A stretch of DNA of 28,994 nt, taken from the IMG/VR virus record IMGVR_UViG_3300014208_000107, positions 1 through 28,994 of that record; one strand, given 5' to 3'. The position numbers were made by a program, and so were the translations under genes. Position 1 is the first letter of the stretch; the number at the start of each line of letters is the position of its first letter. Positions 1-7,351 of the stretch are shown here, in pieces. The notes beneath the pieces are model-generated. The model worked only from the letters and a program-made list of their open reading frames with translations, was not told where the DNA came from and ran no database searches. This stretch comes from a virus. Taxonomy: Duplodnaviria > Caudoviricetes.

Positions 1-135
1 AAACTCAACTATTTCACCCTGTATCCAATCAGCATCTGTTTTAAAGTAAGTTATTCCTATTTCATCTTCTTCTTCTATTACAGTAATTCCAACTGAGTTA
101 AGCTTATCTACTATAAGTTTATTTATACTAGGCAT
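1..135 (-). CDS. small hypothetical protein, truncated at window edge (MPSINKLIVDKLNSVGITV...)
   Basis: ATG at 135 with AGAGGAG RBS upstream; open to position 1; translated by hand, not in the ORF track. Confidence 0.7.
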   Translation of the reverse strand, partial: MPSINKLIVDKLNSVGITVIEEEDEIGITYFKTDADWIQGEIVEF

Positions 136-278
136 TTCCTAATCTCCTCTCCACTTTTCTTGCGGATTATGACAACAGGTTGAAAAGGCTGTTTCACGGC
201 AACCATATTATATACTGGCTTGCCACCAACGAAATGAACTGCAGTTGTTTTAACTTTAATCCTCTTGTTATCACTCAT
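123..278 (-). CDS. 51-aa basic hypothetical protein (MSDNKRIKVKTTAVHFVGGKPVY...)
   Basis: AGGAGG RBS; ATGA overlap with the upstream gene's stop; translated by hand. Confidence 0.7.
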   Translation of the reverse strand: MSDNKRIKVKTTAVHFVGGKPVYNMVAVKQPFQPVVIIRKKSGEEIRKCLV

Positions 279-439
279 TTGTTGAACCTCCTAGTTTTAT
301 CTGCATCGTTAGCAGTCTTTAACTGAGCTACCATATATTGTCTGGATATCTCAGCTACCACGGGAATCATCTGGCTAATACGGTTAGATAACAACGCTTG
401 TACTTGTTCGTCCGTCAGTGTGAATCTAATCTTTTTCAT
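275..439 (-). CDS. 54-aa hypothetical protein (MKKIRFTLTDEQVQALLSNR...)
   Basis: AAGGAG RBS in the end of the upstream gene; tight operon packing; translated by hand. Confidence 0.7.
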   Translation of the reverse strand: MKKIRFTLTDEQVQALLSNRISQMIPVVAEISRQYMVAQLKTANDADKTRRFNK

Positions 440-440
440 C

Positions 441-899
441 TTATCTCTCCTTTGCGTATCTATCGAATTTAACAGATATCATACCAGCTTTCAGTTCTTC
501 CCACTCTACATCTGAACAGGGTTGTTCATCTTCGAGTAGTAAATGACCACCTCCACAGTGGAACATAATACCATATTTTCTGTAGTATGTAACGCTTGAT
601 TTTGTTTCGTCTGGAGTTGCACAGGAACCATAACATTCTAAGAATTTAGAATAATCTTCTTTGTTTTGGAGTGTTGCTTTAAAGATGATATACTCAGTGC
701 CTTTGGGTAGCTCATTGTGCCAAGATTTCTCTTGTGTAGATGTCTTTACTAATGCTTCATAGGTATAGATTGGTTTGAGTTTCTTTCCCGCCTCAGCTCT
801 AGCTTCATCAACTTCTCTTTTCAGTTTTCTAATCTCATCTTCCAACACTTTGATGTTAGCTTGTATCTTATCTATCTCAACTAGATTTACATGCTTCAT
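441..899 (-). CDS. hypothetical protein with N-terminal coiled coil
   Basis: 152-aa ORF, AGGAGG RBS, heptad-like first 40 aa, tight packing. Confidence 0.85.
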   Translation of the reverse strand: MKHVNLVEIDKIQANIKVLEDEIRKLKREVDEARAEAGKKLKPIYTYEALVKTSTQEKSWHNELPKGTEYIIFKATLQNKEDYSKFLECYGSCATPDETKSSVTYYRKYGIMFHCGGGHLLLEDEQPCSDVEWEELKAGMISVKFDRYAKER

Positions 900-901
900 T
901 A

Positions 902-1087
902 TTAATCCCTCCTTGTCTTAGCTGGTCTTATGAACTTTGATTTAACAACTAACTCGATAGGAATCCTCTCACCCATATCTACATCATACGCAGTTTTAGC
1001 ATCTTTCCTGTCTACGAAAGCAGCGTTGCCATATTCTGTTTCGTAGAAGCCTCTCTTGAAGTTAGCCCATACTTTCGTATCTGTCAT
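902..1087 (-). CDS. 61-aa hypothetical protein (MTDTKVWANF...), first gene of leftward operon
   Basis: Start moved from 1144 to 1087: AAAGGAG RBS precedes this ATG and the longer start lies inside the promoter. Confidence 0.8.
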   Translation of the reverse strand: MTDTKVWANFKRGFYETEYGNAAFVDRKDAKTAYDVDMGERIPIELVVKSKFIRPAKTRRD

Positions 1088-1122
1088 TTGATTTCTCCTT
1101 TCTATTATTACTGTATATACTG

Positions 1123-1151
1123 AGTATATCATACTTTTTAACATCTGTCAA
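1123..1151 (-). promoter_or_regulatory. strong sigma70-type promoter with extended -10
   Basis: TTGACA-17 nt-TATACT with TG at the extended -10 position, ~35 bp upstream of the ATG at 1087. Confidence 0.8.
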
Positions 1152-1249
1152 TCATTATTTTACAATTGTTTTGCTCGTAACTGTCCAGCAACACAGTGCA
1201 TTTAATTGTAGCATGTTATACCATGATAACAAATAACAAATAACGCCTA

Positions 1250-1612
1250 ACAATGCAACATAATAAACAACTAACTAGTGCTAGAAGCCCCTTTTAAAAA
1301 TTGACATTGATTAGTTATTTAAGCCATGTATATTTTTGACATTGATTATTTACTCATAGTTGTATTGTTTTCAGTTATTTGTATTTGCTTATTCATAGAA
1401 TGCTTGGTTATTCTCAGTATCCTTCTCTAAGTGTTCTATTGTACTTAGTAAAAATATATTCTTAAAAAGGAGAAGATTGCCAAGAGGCAGCTGAGATTGG
1501 AGTAAGAGCCCAGAAATAGTAAGTCAATATAACAGAGATTATAAAGACCAATCAATGTCAATAATAAAAAGGGGATACTAACACTAGTTATATGTTTATT
1601 ATGTTATATTGT
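1250..1612. repeat. 63-bp imperfect inverted repeat (1250-1312 / 1550-1612) around a 237-bp spacer
   Basis: Ungapped manual alignment gives 53/63 identity. Confidence 0.9.
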
Positions 1613-1668
1613 ATCATTGTTTATTGTTATCGTATTTAATTGTTGCAACTTAAATAACTAATCAATGT
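1304..1668. repeat. perfect 20-bp inverted repeat ACATTGATTAGTTATTTAAG (1304-1323 / 1649-1668)
   Basis: Exact reverse-complement match. Confidence 0.9.
1321..1347. promoter_or_regulatory. 27-bp palindromic motif copy
   Basis: AAGCCATGTATA-TTT-TTGACATTGATT; right half perfect. Confidence 0.75.
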
Positions 1669-1686
1669 AAAATTATTATGTTGATT
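1660..1686. promoter_or_regulatory. 27-bp palindromic motif copy
   Basis: AATCAATGTAAA-ATT-ATTATGTTGATT. Confidence 0.7.
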
Positions 1687-1856
1687 GCCTATCGGCAGTG
1701 GCCGTTTTAAATGCCCAGCATGGTCAATCAATTTTATTGCCCATAACATTGTATTGCCCGACAATTAAAATTGAATGTGGGGCATCCTCGCATGAAATTC
1801 CGCCACATTCACAATGGGTTATAATGATGTTCGCCAACACAAGCTGACAAGCAACT

Positions 1857-1883
1857 AATCAATGTTATTAATTGTAATTGATT
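1857..1883. promoter_or_regulatory. 27-bp palindromic motif copy
   Basis: AATCAATGTTAT-TAA-TTGTAATTGATT; outer dyad CTAATCAAT/ATTGATTAG is perfect (1855-1885). Confidence 0.75.
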
Positions 1884-1898
1884 AGAACAATAGGCAAT

Positions 1899-1925
1899 AA
1901 AAAAGGGGAGGTTGTTAGCCTCCCC
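1899..1925 (-). terminator. intrinsic terminator, possibly bidirectional
   Basis: GGGGAGG-7 nt-CCTCCCC-TTTTTT on the minus strand just after the stop at 1932; T-rich tail on the plus side too. Confidence 0.85.
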
Positions 1926-1931
1926 TGTTTG

Positions 1932-2312
1932 TTATTCTACTTCTTCGTAAGTCTTACCAAACGCTGTTTCGAGGGCTTTGATAGTGGAAGTGATTGTTTT
2001 CTCGTCTGCTCCACTTTCCAGAACCTTGCGGCATGCTGTCGTGAAGGCGTCTGCCCTTGTACGGTCTACCTTCGGCATCCCTTCCATCAACCATACCCAC
2101 TTGTCGGCAAAAAGGTCTGCCCACTTTTTGCTGTCCTTCTCATTGGCCGTGAGTCTGGAGATGAGGACAAACAATCCGTAATTGGCGAGGTATTTAGTGG
2201 AAGCTTCGGGAAGGTCATCAATTCCTTCACCGTTTACCGTGGTAATGTCTTCCACTTTCAGCAAACCTGCGACACCGTACTTCTTATTGATTTCAGATAT
2301 TTTTTCTGACAT
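1932..2312 (-). CDS. 126-aa hypothetical early protein in its own transcription unit
   Basis: AAAGGAG RBS, own promoter and terminator, locally high GC. Confidence 0.9.
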   Translation of the reverse strand: MSEKISEINKKYGVAGLLKVEDITTVNGEGIDDLPEASTKYLANYGLFVLISRLTANEKDSKKWADLFADKWVWLMEGMPKVDRTRADAFTTACRKVLESGADEKTITSTIKALETAFGKTYEEVE

Positions 2313-2342
2313 GATAGTACTCCTTTAGTATTATGGTATTTA

Positions 2343-2400
2343 CGCCACATCATTAGATATTCTAAGCCGATATGTCGGCTGGCGGTAACTAATGATGGCG
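2343..2400 (-). promoter_or_regulatory. structured 5' leader (9-bp stem enclosing a 6-bp hairpin)
   Basis: CATCATTAG/CTAATGATG (2348-2356/2389-2397), AGCCGA/TCGGCT (2365-2380), flanking CGCC/GGCG. Confidence 0.65.
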
Positions 2401-2410
2401 GTGTATTTAA

Positions 2411-2423
2411 TTGTCAAAGAGCA
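2411..2423 (-). promoter_or_regulatory. boxA-like antitermination element
   Basis: TGCTCTTTGACAA versus rrn boxA TGCTCTTTAACA, located just after the predicted start site. Confidence 0.65.
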
Positions 2424-2441
2424 TATTTACTTTATGATTGG

Positions 2442-2469
2442 ATTATACATTAATGGATAGTAAAGTCAA
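2442..2469 (-). promoter_or_regulatory. sigma70-type promoter
   Basis: TTGACT-16 nt-TATAAT. Confidence 0.7.
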
Positions 2470-2672
2470 TCATTATATTTATGGCACTAATGCTTCAAGA
2501 AATACCTCACCCCCACCGAGCACCAGAGGGGTACTTGAGTGGATTGAAGACCAGTCCCTCAGAACACACACCAAGTTTTTAAAAAGGTAACTTAACCACT
2601 ATGTGAGCACTCTGTGGTATCTGTGTATTAAGAACAGTTAAAAAATATATTTCACGCAAGCGTGTGGGAGAA

Positions 2673-2701
2673 TTGACAACTCCGTCAAAAAGTGGTATGC
2701 T
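2673..2701 (+). promoter_or_regulatory. sigma70-type promoter at the head of the late arm
   Basis: TTGACA-17 nt-TATGCT with extended -10 TG; overlapped by dyad TTGAC-N6-GTCAA. Confidence 0.65.
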
Positions 2702-2735
2702 ACTCGCAAAAGATGTTATTAGGATTTGTATACAG

Positions 2736-3182
2736 ATGACCCCAGAAGATACCAAAATGATGATTGACCTTTTAGCTGATGGTATGAAGCAAAGAGATGT
2801 TGCTAGTATCATAGGAGTATCTGGAGTTACTATTTCCAACAAGTTGAGAGAACTTAAGCAAGAAGAATCCAACTTGTTAGCTTATGATAAGAATAGGTAT
2901 CTTGACCTAATTCAAGTACAACAAAGAATAATCGCAAATGTTACTGATGAGAAGTTAGCTGCTGCTCCGGTACAGCATCTTGCCTCTGCCTACGCTCAAT
3001 TTGGTAAGATGGAACAATTGATTCAAGGGAAGCCTACTGAGATACATGGATTGATGGGTTACCTTTTACACTTGGAGAAAGAAGATATTGAGAAAGCAAA
3101 TGATGTTGTGGATAACAGTGATGCTGTTGACGCTTCTTTTGTTTCCCCCTCCTCTCCTGAGCAACTTACATTGGACTTATAA
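2736..3182 (+). CDS. N-terminal HTH DNA-binding protein; terminase small subunit candidate or regulator
   Basis: HTH pattern MKQRDVASIIGVSGVTISNKL, helical body, acidic tail, first gene of the arm containing terL; start placed after the promoter (2736 or 2757, uncertain). Confidence 0.6.
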   Translation: MTPEDTKMMIDLLADGMKQRDVASIIGVSGVTISNKLRELKQEESNLLAYDKNRYLDLIQVQQRIIANVTDEKLAAAPVQHLASAYAQFGKMEQLIQGKPTEIHGLMGYLLHLEKEDIEKANDVVDNSDAVDASFVSPSSPEQLTLDL

Positions 3183-3183
3183 T

Positions 3184-3423
3184 ATGAGAGATTTCTACGG
3201 AAAGAAGCCTTTATTGAAAGTGATTGATACGATTGGTGACATAAGTCAGTATATTAGTCCCAATCCACCTGTTCCTGTGATTACTCCTAATCAACCCTCT
3301 GACGCAGAGAGGAAAGAGATTAACAGATTGATGAAGAAGCATGGAGTTAAGACTGCGATAAATGATCCGAACTATCCAACTCCTTACTTCTTTAGAGATG
3401 GACAGAAGGTTAAGTTTCAATAG
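3184..3423 (+). CDS. 79-aa proline-rich hypothetical protein
   Basis: ATG 1 nt after the previous stop; fills the gap exactly; start shortened from 3088. Confidence 0.7.
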   Translation: MRDFYGKKPLLKVIDTIGDISQYISPNPPVPVITPNQPSDAERKEINRLMKKHGVKTAINDPNYPTPYFFRDGQKVKFQ

Positions 3424-3432
3424 GATTGATTG

Positions 3433-4929
3433 ATGCCCTTACTAACTGATGCACTTAGAGGAATTGCTGGAGCAGTTAAATCAGATGCTTTGAAAGAAGC
3501 GGAGAGATTGCTTGCTCCTAAAAGTGGGTTCTTCTCTAAGCTAGAAGATGTCGCAGGCGGATTGAACTTTACTAAGATGCCATCTACACAACTGAAAAGT
3601 GCGGTAGAAGGAAGGGGAGTATCTCCTACTGAGTATCAGAATGTGTTAGGTTCCGTTGAGGGTACTGTTAATAAAGAAGAAGTTATGGGAATGATTGGGA
3701 AGAATAAGACTGAGTTGAAGGATGTGGTGCTTGGTGATAAAGTAGATAAGTTATCTGTGGATGAACTTAATGACTTCCATCGTCTTAATACTTTGCAAAG
3801 AGAATTTACTCCTGATGAAATGGCTAAGTATGATTTCTATGAAAGTGAACTTAAAAGAGCAGATAATTTAAAACCTCACTACGAACAATACTCAGAACCT
3901 GGTTATATTCCTGGTTCTTATAGAGAAAGATTTATTACGGCTCCAGAAGCAGGAAAATTAGATTCTTCTGTAAATGATGCAAACAGAAGAAATGGTTGGG
4001 ATATTAAAGTTCCTTTTGAAGAAAGTAAAGTAAAGTGGCAAGACGGTCACTCTGCTTACTCAAACATTCAGAATCCAGTAGTCAGACTAAGGACTAATGA
4101 TAGGGAAGTAGGTGGAAAGAAAATACTCTTTGTTGAGGAGATGCAAGAACCACTTAAAAGTACTGGTGACCTTCAAAAGATGCCTAAATATTTGCAAGAA
4201 AGAACTTATGATTTAGGAGTTAAAAAGGCATTGATGCTTGCTAAGGAAGGTAACTATGATGGTATTGCATGGACTACTGGAGAGATGCAAGTTGCTAGGT
4301 ATCCTCAGATAAGGGAGTTTGTAGATAACATTAGTTGGACTAAAACAGGAGAAGCAAAGGTAATAAATATTAAACTTAAAAGCGGTCATAACGATTATGA
4401 GACTGCTGTTATAAATAAAGATGGTATAGTAGAAGAAGGTAGAAAAGAGTGGATGAATAAACATATTGCTCAAATCTTACCTAAGAAAACTTCTGAAGAA
4501 ATACTAACTGCTAGTGGTGGACATATTAAAGGTGAAGATATTACTATCGGAGATAAAGGTTTAAAAGATATCTATGATAGAAAACTTCCTTCTTTGTTTA
4601 AGAAGTACGGGAAGGAAGAGGTTAAGGAGATTCCTTTAGTAGAAGAAAAGGTATCTAAGTTTAATAATTATGCAATATCTCGAAATAGCCAAGGAAGATA
4701 TTTAGTTTATAATCCAGAAGATCCAATGACCGAGGTAACAAGTTTAGGTACTAAAGAAGAGGCAGAAAGGTTTTTAAGTGGTTTAAAAAAGATGGATACT
4801 AAGAAAGGTGTTAAAGTCCCTTACATCCCCATCACCCAGAAGACTCCATCTCGTCATCCAGTCTACTCATTCATACCTCCAACATTAGCTGGGATAGTAT
4901 CTATGTATGATAAGGAGCAAAGACAATGA
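3433..4929 (+). CDS. 498-aa protein resembling a domain of large phage polyvalent/virion proteins
   Basis: Motifs FFSKL, YRE, GH..RLRTNDR..GKKILFVEEMQ, KKAL..A.EGNYDGIAWTTG..Q..RY, YD..LP recognised from memory; ATGA overlap with terL. Confidence 0.6.
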   Translation: MPLLTDALRGIAGAVKSDALKEAERLLAPKSGFFSKLEDVAGGLNFTKMPSTQLKSAVEGRGVSPTEYQNVLGSVEGTVNKEEVMGMIGKNKTELKDVVLGDKVDKLSVDELNDFHRLNTLQREFTPDEMAKYDFYESELKRADNLKPHYEQYSEPGYIPGSYRERFITAPEAGKLDSSVNDANRRNGWDIKVPFEESKVKWQDGHSAYSNIQNPVVRLRTNDREVGGKKILFVEEMQEPLKSTGDLQKMPKYLQERTYDLGVKKALMLAKEGNYDGIAWTTGEMQVARYPQIREFVDNISWTKTGEAKVINIKLKSGHNDYETAVINKDGIVEEGRKEWMNKHIAQILPKKTSEEILTASGGHIKGEDITIGDKGLKDIYDRKLPSLFKKYGKEEVKEIPLVEEKVSKFNNYAISRNSQGRYLVYNPEDPMTEVTSLGTKEEAERFLSGLKKMDTKKGVKVPYIPITQKTPSRHPVYSFIPPTLAGIVSMYDKEQRQ

Positions 4930-6425
4930 CTCTAAATCCTAACATACTAAACAAAATAACTCAATGGAAAACAGATGCTGTCGCATTCGTTGAGGAAGTG
5001 CTTCTAGTAAACAAACCACATATAAAAATATCTACTCAACAAAGAGAGTTCTTAGCAGCACTTCCTCATCAGAAACGTATATCCATTAGATCTGGACATG
5101 GTACTGGTAAAGATGCATCTGCTTCATGGGCAGTGTTGTGGTTTCTTTCCACAAGAGTATACTCTAAGGTGGTATGTACCGCTCCGACTGCCCGCCAGTT
5201 AAACGATATTCTCTGGTCAGAGATAAGCAAATGGGCTAGAGATTCAGCAATTCAAGAAGAGTTTATAATTCAGCGAGATAAAATCTTCCATAAAGGTGCA
5301 CCAAAAGAATGGTGGGCTCGCGCGGTTTCACCTTCAGTTAAGGCTGATCCCGCAGACCAAGCTGAGACTCTCGCAGGTTTCCATGGAGACCATCTCCTAA
5401 TAGTTGTTGATGAAGCTTCAGGTGTTGAAGACCCAGTATTCATACCTATTGAAGGTGCTCTGACACAGGAAGATAACAGAGTTATGTTGATTGGTAACCC
5501 AACTAAGAATAAAGGATACTTCCATGATACTCAATTCCACCCAGAAATATGTAAGCAGTGGCATAGACTCCACTGGGATAGCAGAGACTCTGAAAACGTC
5601 AAGCCTGACTATCCTTCTTATATGGCTAATAAGTACGGCGTTGATTCTAATGTGTTTAGAATACGTGTTGCTGGTGAACCGCCGCTTGAAGATGAGAGAA
5701 CGCTTATACCACTACACTGGGCAGAGCAGTGCATCGGCAAAGAAATGGAAATTAGTGATGAGGAGCCTATTTACTTAGGTTGTGACATTGCTCGATATGG
5801 TGAAGATAAGAGTATTATACTCCCACGGCACGGGTTGCGAATTCTTCCTTGGTTAACTTTTCAGGGTATGAATACGATTACACTAGCTGGGCACATAATG
5901 CAGACCTATGGTGAGGTAAATGCTGAAGGCTGTGGGATTGATGTTATAGGTGTGGGTGCTGGAGTTGCGGATTATCTCAGAAAACAAAGAATGCCTGGGT
6001 TGTTTGATGTGAATGTTAGTTGGGCATCATCAGATCCATTGAAATATGCTCTATTACGAGATGAACTCTGGTGGAGAATTCGTGAAAACTGTATGTATGG
6101 GTACTATTCTTTTCCAGATGTGAAGTTACCTGGTGAGACTCTCAGTATTGGTCAAGAATTAGCCAATGAGTTGTCATCTCCCTATTACGAGTTTAATAAA
6201 AATGGTGCTGTTAAGGTGGAATCTAAGAAGGATATGAAGAAAAGAGGGATTGCATCTCCGAATATTGCAGATTCCCTTGGTATTACTGAGTTTTTCTACT
6301 CATATTCTACTAAGATTTTTAGAAAGAAAGTAGTTGTTGATAAAAGTAAGTATAACTATCCTAGACCTTCTATTAACTCAGCAAGGAAAAGGATACATGG
6401 TGCTAATAACTGGATGACGGTATAG
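4926..6425 (+). CDS. terL: terminase large subunit
   Basis: Walker A SGHGTGKD, Walker B LLIVVDEA, coupling motif IGNP, nuclease LGCDIARYGED...SPNIADS. Confidence 0.95.
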   Translation: MTLNPNILNKITQWKTDAVAFVEEVLLVNKPHIKISTQQREFLAALPHQKRISIRSGHGTGKDASASWAVLWFLSTRVYSKVVCTAPTARQLNDILWSEISKWARDSAIQEEFIIQRDKIFHKGAPKEWWARAVSPSVKADPADQAETLAGFHGDHLLIVVDEASGVEDPVFIPIEGALTQEDNRVMLIGNPTKNKGYFHDTQFHPEICKQWHRLHWDSRDSENVKPDYPSYMANKYGVDSNVFRIRVAGEPPLEDERTLIPLHWAEQCIGKEMEISDEEPIYLGCDIARYGEDKSIILPRHGLRILPWLTFQGMNTITLAGHIMQTYGEVNAEGCGIDVIGVGAGVADYLRKQRMPGLFDVNVSWASSDPLKYALLRDELWWRIRENCMYGYYSFPDVKLPGETLSIGQELANELSSPYYEFNKNGAVKVESKKDMKKRGIASPNIADSLGITEFFYSYSTKIFRKKVVVDKSKYNYPRPSINSARKRIHGANNWMTV

Positions 6426-6436
6426 GAGGATTAAGT

Positions 6437-6637
6437 ATGGAAGTAACAGTTATAGGTGATAAGCAAGAGATTATAGGGTTGTCTACTAATACTAGACCTT
6501 CCTTAACAGTAGCAAAAGCAGGTTCAACTTTTACTGAATTAGATACTGGTATGAAGTATGTTTGGAGCGGAACGGAGTGGGTTGAAGACCTGACAATGTA
6601 TAACGCTGTTAAGATGGCTCTTGAAGCTGCGACTTAA
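6437..6637 (+). CDS. 66-aa small phage protein (GLST..P..GSTF.E.DTG..Y.W...W type), possibly virion-associated
   Basis: AGGAGG RBS; short beta-rich motif familiar from phage structural regions. Confidence 0.7.
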   Translation: MEVTVIGDKQEIIGLSTNTRPSLTVAKAGSTFTELDTGMKYVWSGTEWVEDLTMYNAVKMALEAAT

Positions 6638-6647
6638 GGAGATATTC

Positions 6648-7046
6648 GTGGACACTTTCGTAGTTGGGAATATGGTGTGGAATGCTGGATTGGTAGGAAT
6701 TGCAGGATTTTTTGTTAAGAAATGGATGGCTGCAAGGGAAGTACGAGAGACGGAAATAAGAACTGAGGCACTAGAAGCAACCGCTAAAATAGCAACAGAT
6801 TTGGCAGTACGTCACGAGAGGTCTTGTGAAGATATTAAATCTGAGATTGGTAACAACAGAAATTTTTACGAGAAAACTTATAAAGACCTTAAACAAGATA
6901 TTAAAGAAATTGCTGGCTTACAAAGAGTTGCTAATGGTAGAGTTGGTAAGGTTGAAATTGGACTTGCTGTGTTATCTCAGAAACACGAGGATAGGATGAA
7001 TATAAAACAAAGGGTTACTGACCACTGTGTTGATGGAGGTTGTTAG
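6648..7046 (+). CDS. single-TM plus coiled-coil membrane protein of the lysis cassette (holin/antiholin- or i-spanin-like)
   Basis: AAGGAG before GTG 6648; hydrophobic N-terminus followed by KK and a coiled coil; adjacent to endolysin. Confidence 0.6.
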   Translation: MDTFVVGNMVWNAGLVGIAGFFVKKWMAAREVRETEIRTEALEATAKIATDLAVRHERSCEDIKSEIGNNRNFYEKTYKDLKQDIKEIAGLQRVANGRVGKVEIGLAVLSQKHEDRMNIKQRVTDHCVDGGC

Positions 7047-7351
7047 TGAGTGAACTTGGTGATAAAAGAAAGCAGTTTACTAAATTTGTTGCTAGGTTAA
7101 TTACCTTTATGGTTGCACAAGGTTATCAACCTATGCTCGGTAAAGATGGCTTAAAGCATATGAAAAATTCATTACACTATGAAGGATTGGCTGTTGATAT
7201 TGATCTTTGTGATTCTAAAGGAAACTATATTAGTACTGCACATCCTAAGATGTTTGGAGACTTCTGGAAGTCTTTAAGTCCAGATTGTACTTGGGGCGGA
7301 GACTTTAATGATAGTAATCATTACAGTGTAACATTCGGAGGGAGAAAATAA
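7046..7351 (+). CDS. endolysin, peptidase M15 family, catalytic domain only
   Basis: SLHYEGLAVD (SxHx6D) and WGGDF..D..H zinc-peptidase motifs; GGAGGT RBS before GTG 7046. Confidence 0.9.
   Translation: MSELGDKRKQFTKFVARLITFMVAQGYQPMLGKDGLKHMKNSLHYEGLAVDIDLCDSKGNYISTAHPKMFGDFWKSLSPDCTWGGDFNDSNHYSVTFGGRK

Noticed and set aside
1301-1561. TTGACA hexamers as promoter -35 boxes, or as FNR/IHF sites
   Set aside because: No -10 at 16-18 nt; geometry differs from FNR TTGAT-N4-ATCAA; copies lack the TTR of IHF WATCAA-N4-TTR
1250-1612. Protelomerase site or IS/MITE
   Set aside because: Arms are imperfect and 237 bp apart; no transposase, protelomerase or clear target-site duplication in the window (not fully excluded)
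1150-1900. CRISPR or mini-array interpretation of the repeats
   Set aside because: Copies are degenerate, in both orientations and irregularly spaced, with no repeat-spacer period
1878-2309. 143-aa and 67-aa plus-strand ORFs
   Set aside because: Antisense to the 126-aa gene that has an RBS, promoter and terminator; no convincing RBS
2579-2872. 97-aa minus ORF and the extended start at 2664
   Set aside because: Antisense to the HTH gene; the extended start overlaps the promoter
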